Assembly: GCF_000760515.2 (NCBI RefSeq) | Contig: NW_013546143.1 | Coordinates: 1 to 64,000, forward strand | Direction: 5' to 3' | Source of the DNA: Mitosporidium daphniae | Lineage: Eukaryota | Length of the DNA: 64,000 nt | Part shown: piece by piece, positions 12,422 to 22,887 of the stretch | Position numbering within the stretch: position 1 is the first letter of the stretch | Layout of the letters: each line of letters starts with the position of its first letter | The notes under the pieces: model-generated | Told to the model about the DNA's origin: nothing | Seen by the model: only the letters and a program-made list of their open reading frames with translations | Database searches by the model: none | Position numbers and translations under genes: made by a program

Positions 12422-13123
12422 ATGAACTTGCTCCTTGGTCTTACGGGAAGCGTTGCTGCAATAAAGCTGCCTCTATTGCTTTCCTCGATTGAAGAATCGC
12501 TTCCGGTTTGTTTAAGAAATTTATTTAGAATGCATCGGTAAAGGTAGTCCTCACTTCAACGGCCGAAAAGTTCATAAAGGATGTTGACATCAACGCTCCT
12601 GTTTATAGAGATGAAGATGAGTGGATCGTACGTGCTAAAGGGTCTGCTAACTTTTTAGAGCTGGAAGAGACTGGGCGACCCGGTGTTGCATATCCAGGTA
12701 CTTTGTTTGCCTTACCAGAGCTTAGGGATTGGTGCGATGTGATCCTGATAGCGCCATTAGATGCAAATTCGCTTGAAAAGATCGCACATGGAATGTGCGA
12801 CAATCTCCTGGTAAGTCATGCGCAACACATCTGATGTAGCGATAGACAAACATCATAAGAGCATCGATTCCACATGTGGCCTCATGCCCCAAAATCATGG
12901 TCGCTCCCGCTATGAACACGGCAATGTGGCAACATCCTTGTACCAATGACCAACTGGGGATATTGAAAAGCTGGGGCATGCGGATAATTCCGCCTGCCGA
13001 AAAGCTGCTTGCCTGCGGAGACTTTGGTGGCTTTTTATGTGCTAACGTGGCATAGGAATTGGAGCAATGGCTTCCGCCGCCGACATTGTCCGTATGCTTG
13101 CTACTCTTTGTGAGCAAATTTGA
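12422..13123 (+). CDS. PPCDC: Phosphopantothenoylcysteine decarboxylase (HFCD/Hal3 family)
   Basis: Spliced by hand: MNLLLGLTGSVAAIK, YRDEDEW, GDPVLHIQLRDWCD..IAPLDANSL.KIAHGMCDNLL, APAMNTAMW, KLLACGDFGIGAMA. Five short introns; not visible in the ORF track. Confidence 0.93.
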
Positions 13124-13133
13124 AATTATATGT

Positions 13134-13881
13134 TTATATCTTTTCATAAATAAGGGCGGTCGTACTTTGTCCCGTTGAGCCACCATAGGAGAATGACGGG
13201 CCAGTTTGGATGTTTTCTAACAGCCTCCATTCTATAAATTAGCCATGGGAGCAATATAGCATACCGGCACCAAACCACCGATCTAGCTCCTCAATGGTCC
13301 AATTGCAGGAGACAATTATAAATATCGTAGTTGCCGGCAGTGCCAGCTGGCGCAAACTTGCCCTGTATTGATGGACGAGGTCGTCAAGGGGCCTCTGCGC
13401 ACAGGCGCCGAGCGTGATTGCATCAAAGGTCCCTTTGTCGAAGATTAGCGAATATGTAGAGTCGCACGAAAACGTGAGGAAATCAGCAACTTTCCATGAA
13501 AAGCTGCCGCCCAATAGTGCAGCGGCATTTTTGGAGGCAAGCTCAATGGCCTCATCAACATAGTCCATGCCGGTATATGAACAAAAGGCGTGTTTACGGA
13601 AAAGTGCTTGCAACAACTGTCCGTTTCCTGTACCGATCTCGAACACGGAGTGTTCGCACGGCCGGGACTCCAAATGGCCGTGTTTTATTGCATGCCAATG
13701 ACAGCTTCTTTCGACGATGGAATGCTGGACGGAACCGCCAAACCACACCTCCCCAGCATCGCCAAAGTCGTTCCAGTTATTCAGATCTTGGTGATAATAG
13801 GTCTTCCAGCTACAAATTAATTTCCATTGCCTACTATTGATGCGTGCCCAGGGCACTACTGCATTCAGAGTGGTGGTCCAT
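13134..13881 (-). CDS. EFM4: eEF1A lysine methyltransferase (Efm4/METTL10)
   Basis: SALGTHQY|WKTYY..GEVWFG, EIGTGNG, DKGTFDAI, IVSCNWT..EL, FSYGGSTG. Two introns. Confidence 0.9.
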
Positions 13882-13901
13882 AAATTTTTTAAAAATTTAT
13901 G
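13879..13901. promoter_or_regulatory. Palindromic bidirectional start region CATAAATTTTT-T-AAAAATTTATG
   Basis: Perfect 11-bp inverted arms that include both divergent start codons (EFM4 and CTU2). Confidence 0.7.
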
Positions 13902-14927
13902 AATTCCAGCCAAGTCAACTGTATTAAATGCAAACGGGTTCCCTTTGTATTTTCATTTCGCGATTTTCATTATTGCAAACCTTGCTTCATTGAGCAATAT
14001 AAACAGAAGATTGGGCATGCGCTGAGTGCCCAGCCAAAGTCGTTGATTGCTTCCAAAATCGGCCAAGACAAGACATGTACAATTGTGGTTGCCCTATGGG
14101 ATACCCAGGACTCGCTTGCTCTTTTAAAATTTGTGCTCCACTACGAGCTTGGTGTAAATTCAAAATATCGCGGCATTTCGTACAAATTTCTGCTCTTCTT
14201 GGCGAAAGGCTGCCATGGAAAGCCCAAATACATGCCACAGATACGAGCTCTATTGGTGGGATACTCTGATGTCTCCGAGCAAGAGGAGGATCGCACTGAC
14301 GTCTTTCTAATTAAAACCTTGCTAAAATCGGAAACGTTAAAGTCGAACGACTTGGTTTACATTCCATCTGCACAATACGATGTTGCCTTCTTTACCCTTT
14401 TTTTGACGCTCAACGGGCATGGATCGTTAATTCCAGCCTTCAGTACGCCATCAATTGTCATCTCCTCAATCCGAGATGCAATCGTCCACGTTTGCAGACC
14501 GCTTTTTTACTTATGCAAGGAAGAAATAGCGTTCTTCAACGGCATAGCACAGGAAATGGCCAATCTGGACCCCGTCAGCGATGGATCTTTGGATTCAATA
14601 AGGTGCGATTTAGATTCCCTGGCCAATTTGAAGCTGGACGCCTCGTCTATTTGTGGGCACGATTTTCCATACTCTTCCAGCAAAAGTGGCGCCAATGTTT
14701 CGGAGAGTGCGAAAAACAATGACCAACACGGGCTAGCCTCGCTAGTTGATAGCTTCATTGATGAGCTTCAGAGGGACTCCAATGATGCCAGCGTGTCGAT
14801 CCTGGCCAGAACAGCACAAAAACTGGACTCGTCGTTTCTTGCGTGCAACCAAAGATGCGCCCAATGCCCGCTTCCAGACTTTCGGCAAACCACGCCATGC
14901 GACGCTTGCGCGGACAATAAACTCTGA
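13899..14927 (+). CDS. NCS2: Cytoplasmic tRNA 2-thiolation protein 2 (Ncs2/CTU2), divergent
   Basis: N-terminal CIKC..YCKPCF, RPLF.L.KEEI..F, LVDSFIDELQ..VS...RTAQKL, C-terminal CxxC..CxxC. Confidence 0.8.
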   Translation: MNSSQVNCIKCKRVPFVFSFRDFHYCKPCFIEQYKQKIGHALSAQPKSLIASKIGQDKTCTIVVALWDTQDSLALLKFVLHYELGVNSKYRGISYKFLLFLAKGCHGKPKYMPQIRALLVGYSDVSEQEEDRTDVFLIKTLLKSETLKSNDLVYIPSAQYDVAFFTLFLTLNGHGSLIPAFSTPSIVISSIRDAIVHVCRPLFYLCKEEIAFFNGIAQEMANLDPVSDGSLDSIRCDLDSLANLKLDASSICGHDFPYSSSKSGANVSESAKNNDQHGLASLVDSFIDELQRDSNDASVSILARTAQKLDSSFLACNQRCAQCPLPDFRQTTPCDACADNKL

Positions 14928-15139
14928 CATTTATTTAATAATTGGGAGGCACGCTGTTGGATAAACAGGTCATCACGATCCATGGACAGGATTTGCGATG
15001 GTTTTAATTCTCCACATGCTGCTATTGCACTATTGTCTGGACGCTCGTGACGGAAATAAAGCCAGGTGCGTAATTGTTAATGCTGTTGTTTTCAAAGTAA
15101 AAAGTACAAATCTTAAAAGTGATTCAAATAATTTCAATT

Positions 15140-15421
15140 ATGGTACCCCGCGTCCAAATTGTGGCCATTTTGCTTTGCATTGTCGCGCCTGTTTTGGAGG
15201 CAAGTGTCACCGTCACAATTACGTCGACACCGATTGTGTGGTACACTTCGGTGTTTGCAAAAAAATCTGCGCTGAACACGTCGATGGATATGGCGCACTA
15301 TTTCTCCTTTCCAGTTCTACATTGCATGGAGCAGGGATGCTCGCTTCTCGAATTTTCCAAGCTGCAAGCATTTTCAATTGCCATGAGCACCTTGGGGGCC
15401 CTTTTGTTCCTATTTGTGTAG
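15140..15421 (+). CDS. Small orphan protein: signal peptide, Thr-rich segment, C-terminal hydrophobic helix
   Basis: MVPRVQIVAILLCIVAPVLEA-SVTVTITST..FSIAMSTLGALLFLFV. ATG preceded by an AATTT tract. Confidence 0.55.
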   Translation: MVPRVQIVAILLCIVAPVLEASVTVTITSTPIVWYTSVFAKKSALNTSMDMAHYFSFPVLHCMEQGCSLLEFSKLQAFSIAMSTLGALLFLFV

Positions 15422-15524
15422 GTGGTGACGGCAATGTTCGAAGATGCTTGTATATGTTGTTAAATGGTTCTTTTTGACATGTTTTGTAGTATAATCGCAG
15501 TGTATATGCCACGGCACCTATGTA

Positions 15525-15585
15525 GCCCCAAGCGCAGATGCTCGATGTGGCCCCAAGCGCAGATGTTCGATGTGGCCCCAACCGC
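15525..15585. repeat. 25-bp tandem repeat x2.4
   Basis: gccccaagcgcagatg(c/t)tcgatgtg twice, then gccccaaccgc. Confidence 0.9.
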
Positions 15586-15596
15586 TTTATTGAAAA

Positions 15597-17077
15597 CTAG
15601 TTTCTGAGCCACAATGTGCTGGCACGAATTCTATTATAATCTGGCAAGCTTTCAATGGGCCCAAAGGCGGCAACGGCAGGGCAACGGTCATACAGATACT
15701 CGGAACAGACCTTCTTGACCATAGAGACGTCAATTGCATCAATCAGAGCCTCCATCTCGGCAAGGGAGTAGCGTCGCCCAAAGACAAGAATTTGGCGGCC
15801 AATATCTTCCGCAACCTGGGTCGATCCGTCCAGCGAAAGCATCATCATGGCCTTGATTTGTGTTTTGGCTCGCTCAACCTCGCCCTCGGTGACATGAAGG
15901 CACAGGCGCACCCATTCGCTTTGGACATTGTTGACAAGGTCATCTAAATTATACTAGCATAGGGGGGGTAAGCACAAAGTAACAACATACTTTTCTATCG
16001 CTGACAAGGTAAATCCCCCAAAGACCGGTGTCCACATAGGCCGTATTGAACGACGTAAATGAGTGTGCCAACGAGTTGTGCGCCACATTTTGGGCCAATG
16101 GAGAGGAAAGGTAATATCCATCGGCCATGGACCGATCCCAGCTTCCCACAATTGTCTGCGCAACCAGGAGCGGGAAGTAGTCCGGGCTTTTGAATGAGGC
16201 TCCCTTGAGAGCAATGACAACATGCGCTGTTTCCATGTCGTCGTTTCTCACACGAACCTCTGCACCGGTATATGGTGCCGGGGGAGGCTTGCAAATGGAT
16301 GTTGTTTTTGGGATGCGTGAAAATAGCTTTTCAGCCAGCGTAACAATGGCATCGTNGTCAACATCTCCCGCCGCGGCTAGAACCATGCGGGATGCGGAAT
16401 AGTTGTCCGCTATGTACTGCTGAATGTCGCTTTTTGAGATTTTTCTAATATTCTCTTGGCTTCCTAAAATGGTCCTTCCTAGGGGAGTTCCTTGGAAGGC
16501 AACCGAGTGAAGGTAGTCCATGATGACCTCTTCCATGTTCTTATTGACCTCTTCATGCTCTCGCAAAATGACGTCTCTTTCGCGTTCAATTGCCCGGGGA
16601 TCCAAAACCGCGTTTTGAAGAAGGTCAGATAAGATATCCATGGCCGCAGGAACATCCTGTCTTAAAGTTTTGGCATAAAAGCACGTTTGTTCGCGGGAAG
16701 TATAGGCGTTTAGATGGCCCCCCATATTTTCGATTTCCAGCTCAATATCAGATTGCGATCGGCGTTTGGTGCCCTAAAACTAAGTCGCAATTTGGCCACC
16801 TTGAATGTCATATGTTCGAGAAAATGAGCGGTCCCGTTATTCTGCTCGGTCTCGTATCTTGATCCGGTATCGATCCACATGCCAACAGTAGCGGTGGCCA
16901 TATCGAGACGCTCGGTGGCAACCCGAAGCCCATTGGAAAGAACGGAGACGCGAGTCGAAGCGACCTTTGAAAAAGATGCCTTATTTACCGATGGGAGTGT
17001 GGAAAAGTGCTAAACAAATTATAACCAACACACCATGCCTTATGACTTGCGATAAATCTCTTTACCAAGCAATGCAT
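15597..17077 (-). CDS. MAS1: Mitochondrial processing peptidase beta subunit (M16)
   Basis: [34 protein letters not shown] (HxxEH), [11 protein letters not shown]-terminal PDYNRIR..WLRN. There is an ambiguous base N at 16356. Confidence 0.96.
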
Positions 17078-17160
17078 GTTGTTTGCAGGGAAGCAAAAAG
17101 GATTTCTAAAAATGCTAATTGCAAATGGTGGTGGACATTGATTGTAAATTTTAATTTTAA

Positions 17161-17583
17161 ATGAATCCGCTTCTTATTTGTGCAATGCTGCTCTTTACGC
17201 CCATTGTGAGTGTTGCTAGTGCCGGTAATGTTGTAACGATTATTAGTACGCTGAAAAATGGCGCACCGCTGAAGGGCACAATCAAACCCACATATACTGT
17301 GCAAGTTTTATTTGCAAAACCAACCACTTCGATTGTCATACTTTATGGCACTGATGGAACCATGGTTGCAGACGAAAAAGCAATGGAAGGGCTTATGAAT
17401 ACTCGGGGCCTGTACTATCAGCAACAGTCTACATTAAAAGTAATCTCAAGGACACCAGGAAAAGTTAATTATAATATAACCTGCCCCAACGCACACTTGT
17501 ACGCGAATGTTGGACTCTCCTTTTTGATGAAGATCATTTTGGCCGTGATCGTGTTGTCGATGGTGATTGCAATTATTTTATAA
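17161..17583 (+). CDS. Small orphan membrane protein (signal peptide, C-terminal TM)
   Basis: MNPLLICAMLLFTPIVSVASA.. and terminal KIILAVIVLSMVIAIIL. Intronless. Confidence 0.7.
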   Translation: MNPLLICAMLLFTPIVSVASAGNVVTIISTLKNGAPLKGTIKPTYTVQVLFAKPTTSIVILYGTDGTMVADEKAMEGLMNTRGLYYQQQSTLKVISRTPGKVNYNITCPNAHLYANVGLSFLMKIILAVIVLSMVIAIIL

Positions 17584-17608
17584 ATGTTTGTTTATCTCTT
17601 TTCTTCAT

Positions 17609-18004
17609 ATGATCAGTTTGAGGCCATCCCGCATCCTCCTACTTGCCTTTCTGATATCTTGTTGTGATGCATCTGCAAGATATTCGAAACCCACCAGTAG
17701 CGTCACGAGCACCTTAATTCTGTTTCAAAGCAAACCAGCAAAGCCCACCACAAATCCTACTATCAGTCGCGGGGCCAACACCAGCCAATTGGTCACGGTC
17801 TTTATGGGGAAAACCCTGATCTTTGATTACATCGTGTATTCTTCCGCGAGAACAATATATGTGAATACCAATCCTTCCCTGTGGAGCTCAATCGAACAAA
17901 TGCTAAGTGGTGGCAGGCGGGAATTTGAAGGTTTATTTACAACAGTTCTCATCATCCTGGGAGCCACAATCATCATCATTGTACCTATGTTCATCATCAT
18001 TTGA
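17609..18004 (+). CDS. Small orphan membrane protein (signal peptide, Thr-rich, C-terminal TM)
   Basis: MISLRPSRILLLAFLISCCDA.. and terminal LFTTVLIILGATIIIIVPMFIII. Confidence 0.7.
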   Translation: MISLRPSRILLLAFLISCCDASARYSKPTSSVTSTLILFQSKPAKPTTNPTISRGANTSQLVTVFMGKTLIFDYIVYSSARTIYVNTNPSLWSSIEQMLSGGRREFEGLFTTVLIILGATIIIIVPMFIII

Positions 18005-18009
18005 CAACA

Positions 18010-18330
18010 TTAGAGGAAAAGAAATATACAAAGTACAAAGGAAACAAGAATCATCACTACATGCATCCAAATGTATGCGTCATTCCATCCGTTATTTTCA
18101 ACAGACGGCAGGCTAAATCCAATGAACTTGTCCGTTACAATAAAGTATGTAGTCATTGAAAAAAGAGTCACAATCTGAAGGATTGGAAACAAGCATCTGC
18201 TTGTTTTCTCCCCAAAATCGTTGGTTTTGGTGTCAATTTCTACGGTCGTCGTAAGCGTATCCGTATTTGCAAATTTGAGCCCACGTGTGGCCACCACTAG
18301 AAAGAGCATGACAACAAGTGGAATTTTCAT
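18010..18330 (-). CDS. Small orphan membrane protein (signal peptide, C-terminal TM)
   Basis: MKIPLVVMLFLVVATRG.. and terminal VVMILVSFVLCIFLFL. Confidence 0.65.
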   Translation of the reverse strand: MKIPLVVMLFLVVATRGLKFANTDTLTTTVEIDTKTNDFGEKTSRCLFPILQIVTLFSMTTYFIVTDKFIGFSLPSVENNGWNDAYIWMHVVMILVSFVLCIFLFL

Positions 18331-18417
18331 AAATTGCCCCCTTTTTAATTTTACAAATTTCTACACAATTGCAAATAGTAAATTCCGGTACTCCAAATTA
18401 CAAATTTTAGCTTTCCA

Positions 18418-21400
18418 ATGTCCTCGCAAATTGTTTTGGATGGCAGGTCATTCAGCAGGAGGTTCAGAACAATCTCGGAGCAGTGGAAGGTACATTTGGG
18501 GTTGCGTTACGTTATTTTCAGAATGACAGCATGGGCGGGAATGCAGCATATGCATTTTCAGATCTCGATGCAATTGTAGTTGTCGTTGGCAATCCCGACG
18601 ATACAACGGTGTATCAAAAATCGACGGCTCTTCATGTAAGAAAATCGACCCTCATCATGGCAATAGTTTTGGTTTTTTGGATACGAATTTCCAGAAACCC
18701 TTTTGGGCATCCAGCCGCACACCCTTTCTGCGGTCACTTCAGCAAAGAAGGGTACACCATTGCGCTTGCTCAACGATTTTTAATTTAGTTTCGATTTTGG
18801 AAACCCTTGAGCGGTCTAAATCTCCGGGCACAAGCGGTCCCCAATTGAATTTCTTTAAGCGTTCTAAAGATGGGTCCGATCAGATGCAGCTGTTTGAGGA
18901 ATTTTTGTCCTCGCTTAAAAAACACTCGCCGACAGGAAGGCTTGAAAAAATTGGTATTTTTTCAAAGGACCATGCATCTGGCTCCCTTGCTGCGGATTGG
19001 AAAAAATTTATGGCTGCTCATGCGGATTTGGAGCTAATCGACGTTTCATCGGCCGTTGGTGCTCTACTTGTTCAGAAGGATTCTGACGAACAGGAGCTTA
19101 TCCATCAAGCAGCCAAAAGTTCATCCTCTCTTCTGCAGGGCTATGTGACCGATCAGATTCTTTCTGTCATCGATGCCGATAAACGGGCTGTCACCCATTC
19201 AGACTTGTCGGAAAAGATCGAAAATGCCGTTTCGGCGCTTTCTGAAAAGCGGGCAAAGTTCAAGGTGCCTTCTGGCGTGGAGCCAGAGCACATTGAAATG
19301 TGCTATCCACCGATCATACAATCTGGTGGGAACTATTCGCTCAAACCCTCTGCCGTGTCTGATGGCGAGCCCTTGCATCCGGGGGCCATTGTTTGCTCGC
19401 TTGGCCTCCGTTATCGCTCTTATTGCTCAAATGTTGGGCGTACTTTCCTGATTGATCCAATACCACAACAAGAGACGGATTACAAGTTTTTGGAAGAGAC
19501 CTACGACTACCTTCTGTCACAGATACACACGGGATTACCTTTGGCCTCCATTTATACGCTCGGACATGATTTTGTCAACACAAAAAGGCCTGATCTTGAA
19601 AAGTCGTGGCTTTCCACTATTGGCTGGTCCACGGGTCTGGAATTCCGAGAACCTGACTACATCATTGGGGCAAAGTCGACGGCCAAGCCTCACGCCGTGT
19701 GTGATGGGATGACCCTGATATTAATGGTCGGCTTTGCAAACATTCATCTTCAGCCCAAGAAACAGGACCCTCGGGCCAATTTGTAAGTTTATTTCTAATG
19801 CTTGCTAGGTATTCGCTCATGATTTCAGACACCGTTCTCATTCAAAACGGGACTGCTCGAGTTTTGACCGAATGCACCAGAAAGCTTTCTGACATTTCGT
19901 ACTTCTTCAAGTCGACCTCAAAAAAAACCAAGTCCAAAAAAACGGATCATGCAGATGAATCGATCGAGGAGATCGATGATAGCGATGATGATGCAAAGCA
20001 GGGCAGAACGAAAATGGACACCCCTGTTGGGCGAAAAATACGCACCCGCTCTCGCACTGGACACGCAAAGGTTGATGAGGAAGCAATGAGACGAAGAGAA
20101 GCTCATCAATCTGGTCTTTTGAAAAAGCTCGTACGGGATTCACTGCTCAAATATACACAAGAAGAAGAAGAGGGAAAGGATCCTTCTAGCGCTGCTTCTT
20201 TTCTAAAGACCGGGGGTTCAACCGCCTATAAAGAGATCGAGTGTTACAAAAAAGAAGCATTTTTGCCAAAAGCCGTGCGTGATCTCAAAGTACCTTTATT
20301 TTGTTTCGCATTTTATAGATCCTCGTTGATGCCAAGAATGATTGTGTCGTGTTGCCGATCTTTGGCTTGCCCGTTCCATTCCATGTTTCCACCATCAAAA
20401 ATGTTAGCAAAAGCGAGGAAGGCGAGTTTGTCTATTTGCGCATCAACTTCAATTCCCCTGCGGGCGATTTATTGAAATCAAGTAGCTTTGTTCGGTCCTT
20501 GTCGTTCCGCTCAACAGACTCGTTCCACATGCTTTCTTGTTGGAAAGAACTCAATGACCTCCGCAAGACGTATACCACGAAAGAAGCAGAATCACGAGAA
20601 CGTCGTGATATTGTGGCCCAGGATGCACTGGTTGAGCACACAAAATCTGCCGGTGGTGTTCGCGAGCGTTCTGCACGGCTGCAAGACCTCTTCATGAGGC
20701 CTGCGCCGTGGGAAGGCAAGCGTGTTCCGGGCGATCTTGATGTTCATGCCAACGGTGTTCGCTACCGCTCCCTGTTGAAACCAGATGTCAAAATTGACAT
20801 CCTTTTTTCGAACATGAAGCACCTTTTCTTTCAACCTTGCGACAATGAAATGATCGTCGTTATACACATGCACCTTCATCATCCCATCATGATTGGCAAA
20901 AAAAAGACAAAGGATATTCAATTCTACAGAGAGGCTCTGGAGAACATTGTCGATGAAACCTCCACCAGCTCCAACAGTCGACGTCGAGTTCGCTATGGGG
21001 GCGGTGGCGATGAAGATGAAATCATCCAGGAGCAGGAGGAGCGGCGTCGAAGAGCAGTCCTCAATCAAGAATTCAAATCATTTTGCGAACGTCTTGAAGG
21101 CCAAGTGAGTGTGGATATTCCGATCCGCGACCTTGGATTTTATGGGGTGCCTTTTCGCCAAACTGTGTTATTGATGCCAACTCGAGATGCACTTATTCAT
21201 CTGACAGATCCGCCCTTCCTTGTGGTAACCCTTGCGGATGTAGAAGTCGCCTCGTTGGAGCGCATTCTTTTTGGGTTGAAGCATTTTGATCTCGTCTTCA
21301 TATGGAAGGACCATTCCAGGGCCCCGCAGCATGTCGACTCGATCCCGGTCTCGTATTTGGAAGCCATCAGAGCATGGCTTGATGCTGCAGATATTTACAC

Positions 21401-21794
21401 GATGACGTCCACCATCAACTTTAATTGGATCAATGTAATGAAGACAATTCAGGACGATCCCATTGGATTCTACGAGATGGGTGGGTGGTCGATCATCCAG
21501 GCACGTCCAGGAGGTAAGCGAAAAGACGGCGAGGATGACGGCAAAAGCGAAGCGTCATCTTCATCCTCCGACGATGATGATTCTGTTTATGATGAGGAAT
21601 CCGAAGACGAAAATGGCGAAGAATCGGATGAAATCGAGGAAGATGCATCCGATGATACCACACAAGATGAAGAAGAGTCTGACTTTGATGACGATGGCAC
21701 CGAAGACGATGAGGAGGAAGACGAAGAAGACGAGTCTGAGGATGATTCCAAGCAACACCGAAAATCCGCCGCCAGCAGTCGCGGCCGCAAATAG
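18418..21794 (+). CDS. SPT16: FACT complex subunit Spt16
   Basis: YQKSTALH|FWFFGYEFPETL, CYPPIIQSGG.Y.LK, LGLRYRSYCSNVGRT, LPIFGLPVPFHVSTIKN, KHLFFQPC and an acidic tail. Five short introns. Confidence 0.97.
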
Positions 21795-22887
21795 GCGCTA
21801 TAAACTAATTTCCAATAAACAAAACCGCGGGCCAACTACGTTCTGCAATGTAATTTGGATATCAATTTTTACCCTGCCATTGCATATAAAGTAAGCCTCC
21901 TAGACTAGTAGTAGGCCAATTATGGAGCACATCGGCGCAGTGTTGTGAACCATCTCCATCATAACATATCGTTTTCGTGTCAAAAGTCGGGCCAGCCCTT
22001 TCATACAAACTGTGTGGGCTTGAAGACTGAAATCTGCCAGCCAATCGAGCTGCAAAATGCTTTGCCGCATTTGTTTCGCGTCGAATCCTTTAATTGTCTC
22101 TTTCAAGTTTGTTTGCAGCATGTGAGAGAACCCCATTAATTCCAGACCCAATAGGAATGTATTGTATTGTGTTTGTAAATTTCTCTGCCTCAAGCGATAC
22201 TAACATCTATTTTGGGTGGGTAGCTATTTTCATCTCAATTCTTGGTAGAGGAGTTTATAGCCAAGCCTGTACACTTTTATAAGGCGTCTGCATTTCCTAG
22301 TTCTGCCGAGACGTCTGAATTTCCCAGTTCTGTATCCATCTCTCCGATGATTTTGCCGGGTTCAGCACACACATATGAGGCCTTTCTGGGATATGTCTTC
22401 GAGATATTTGCGCTTTGTTGTATTGCGGGTGTCGCTTTTAGCTTCTTGTTTTTGGTTCTTCGGAACTTTGAAACGCCTCATCTCGTCCTGCTGCGTGCAA
22501 TTTGATTTTCCTTTTTTAATCGCCAAAATAGTTGGGATATCTTATCGCTGAAAGAATCCAAATCCTTTGCTTTCCAAAACGAAACTCCCGATTTTTGAAG
22601 CGGCCATGTTTCTATAAGACTCAAATGTAGCACCACAACCATTTGTAAATTGTGTGCGTCGTGATGTGTGGATTAATTTTCAGTGTGCAATTATATAAAT
22701 TTTGCACGGGTCCCCGCCCTTCGTACAAGCCCTGAAACGCACCATGGCCACTACGTAACACGAATTTCAAGCGAACAGAAGCACGAGGATGCATAAATCA
22801 ACATCCGCGCTACCCTCACCATGCTATGTAAATAAACTGGCCTCATTCAAGTGGCTGAGAGTGAATGGTAATAAATATATGTTGGTG

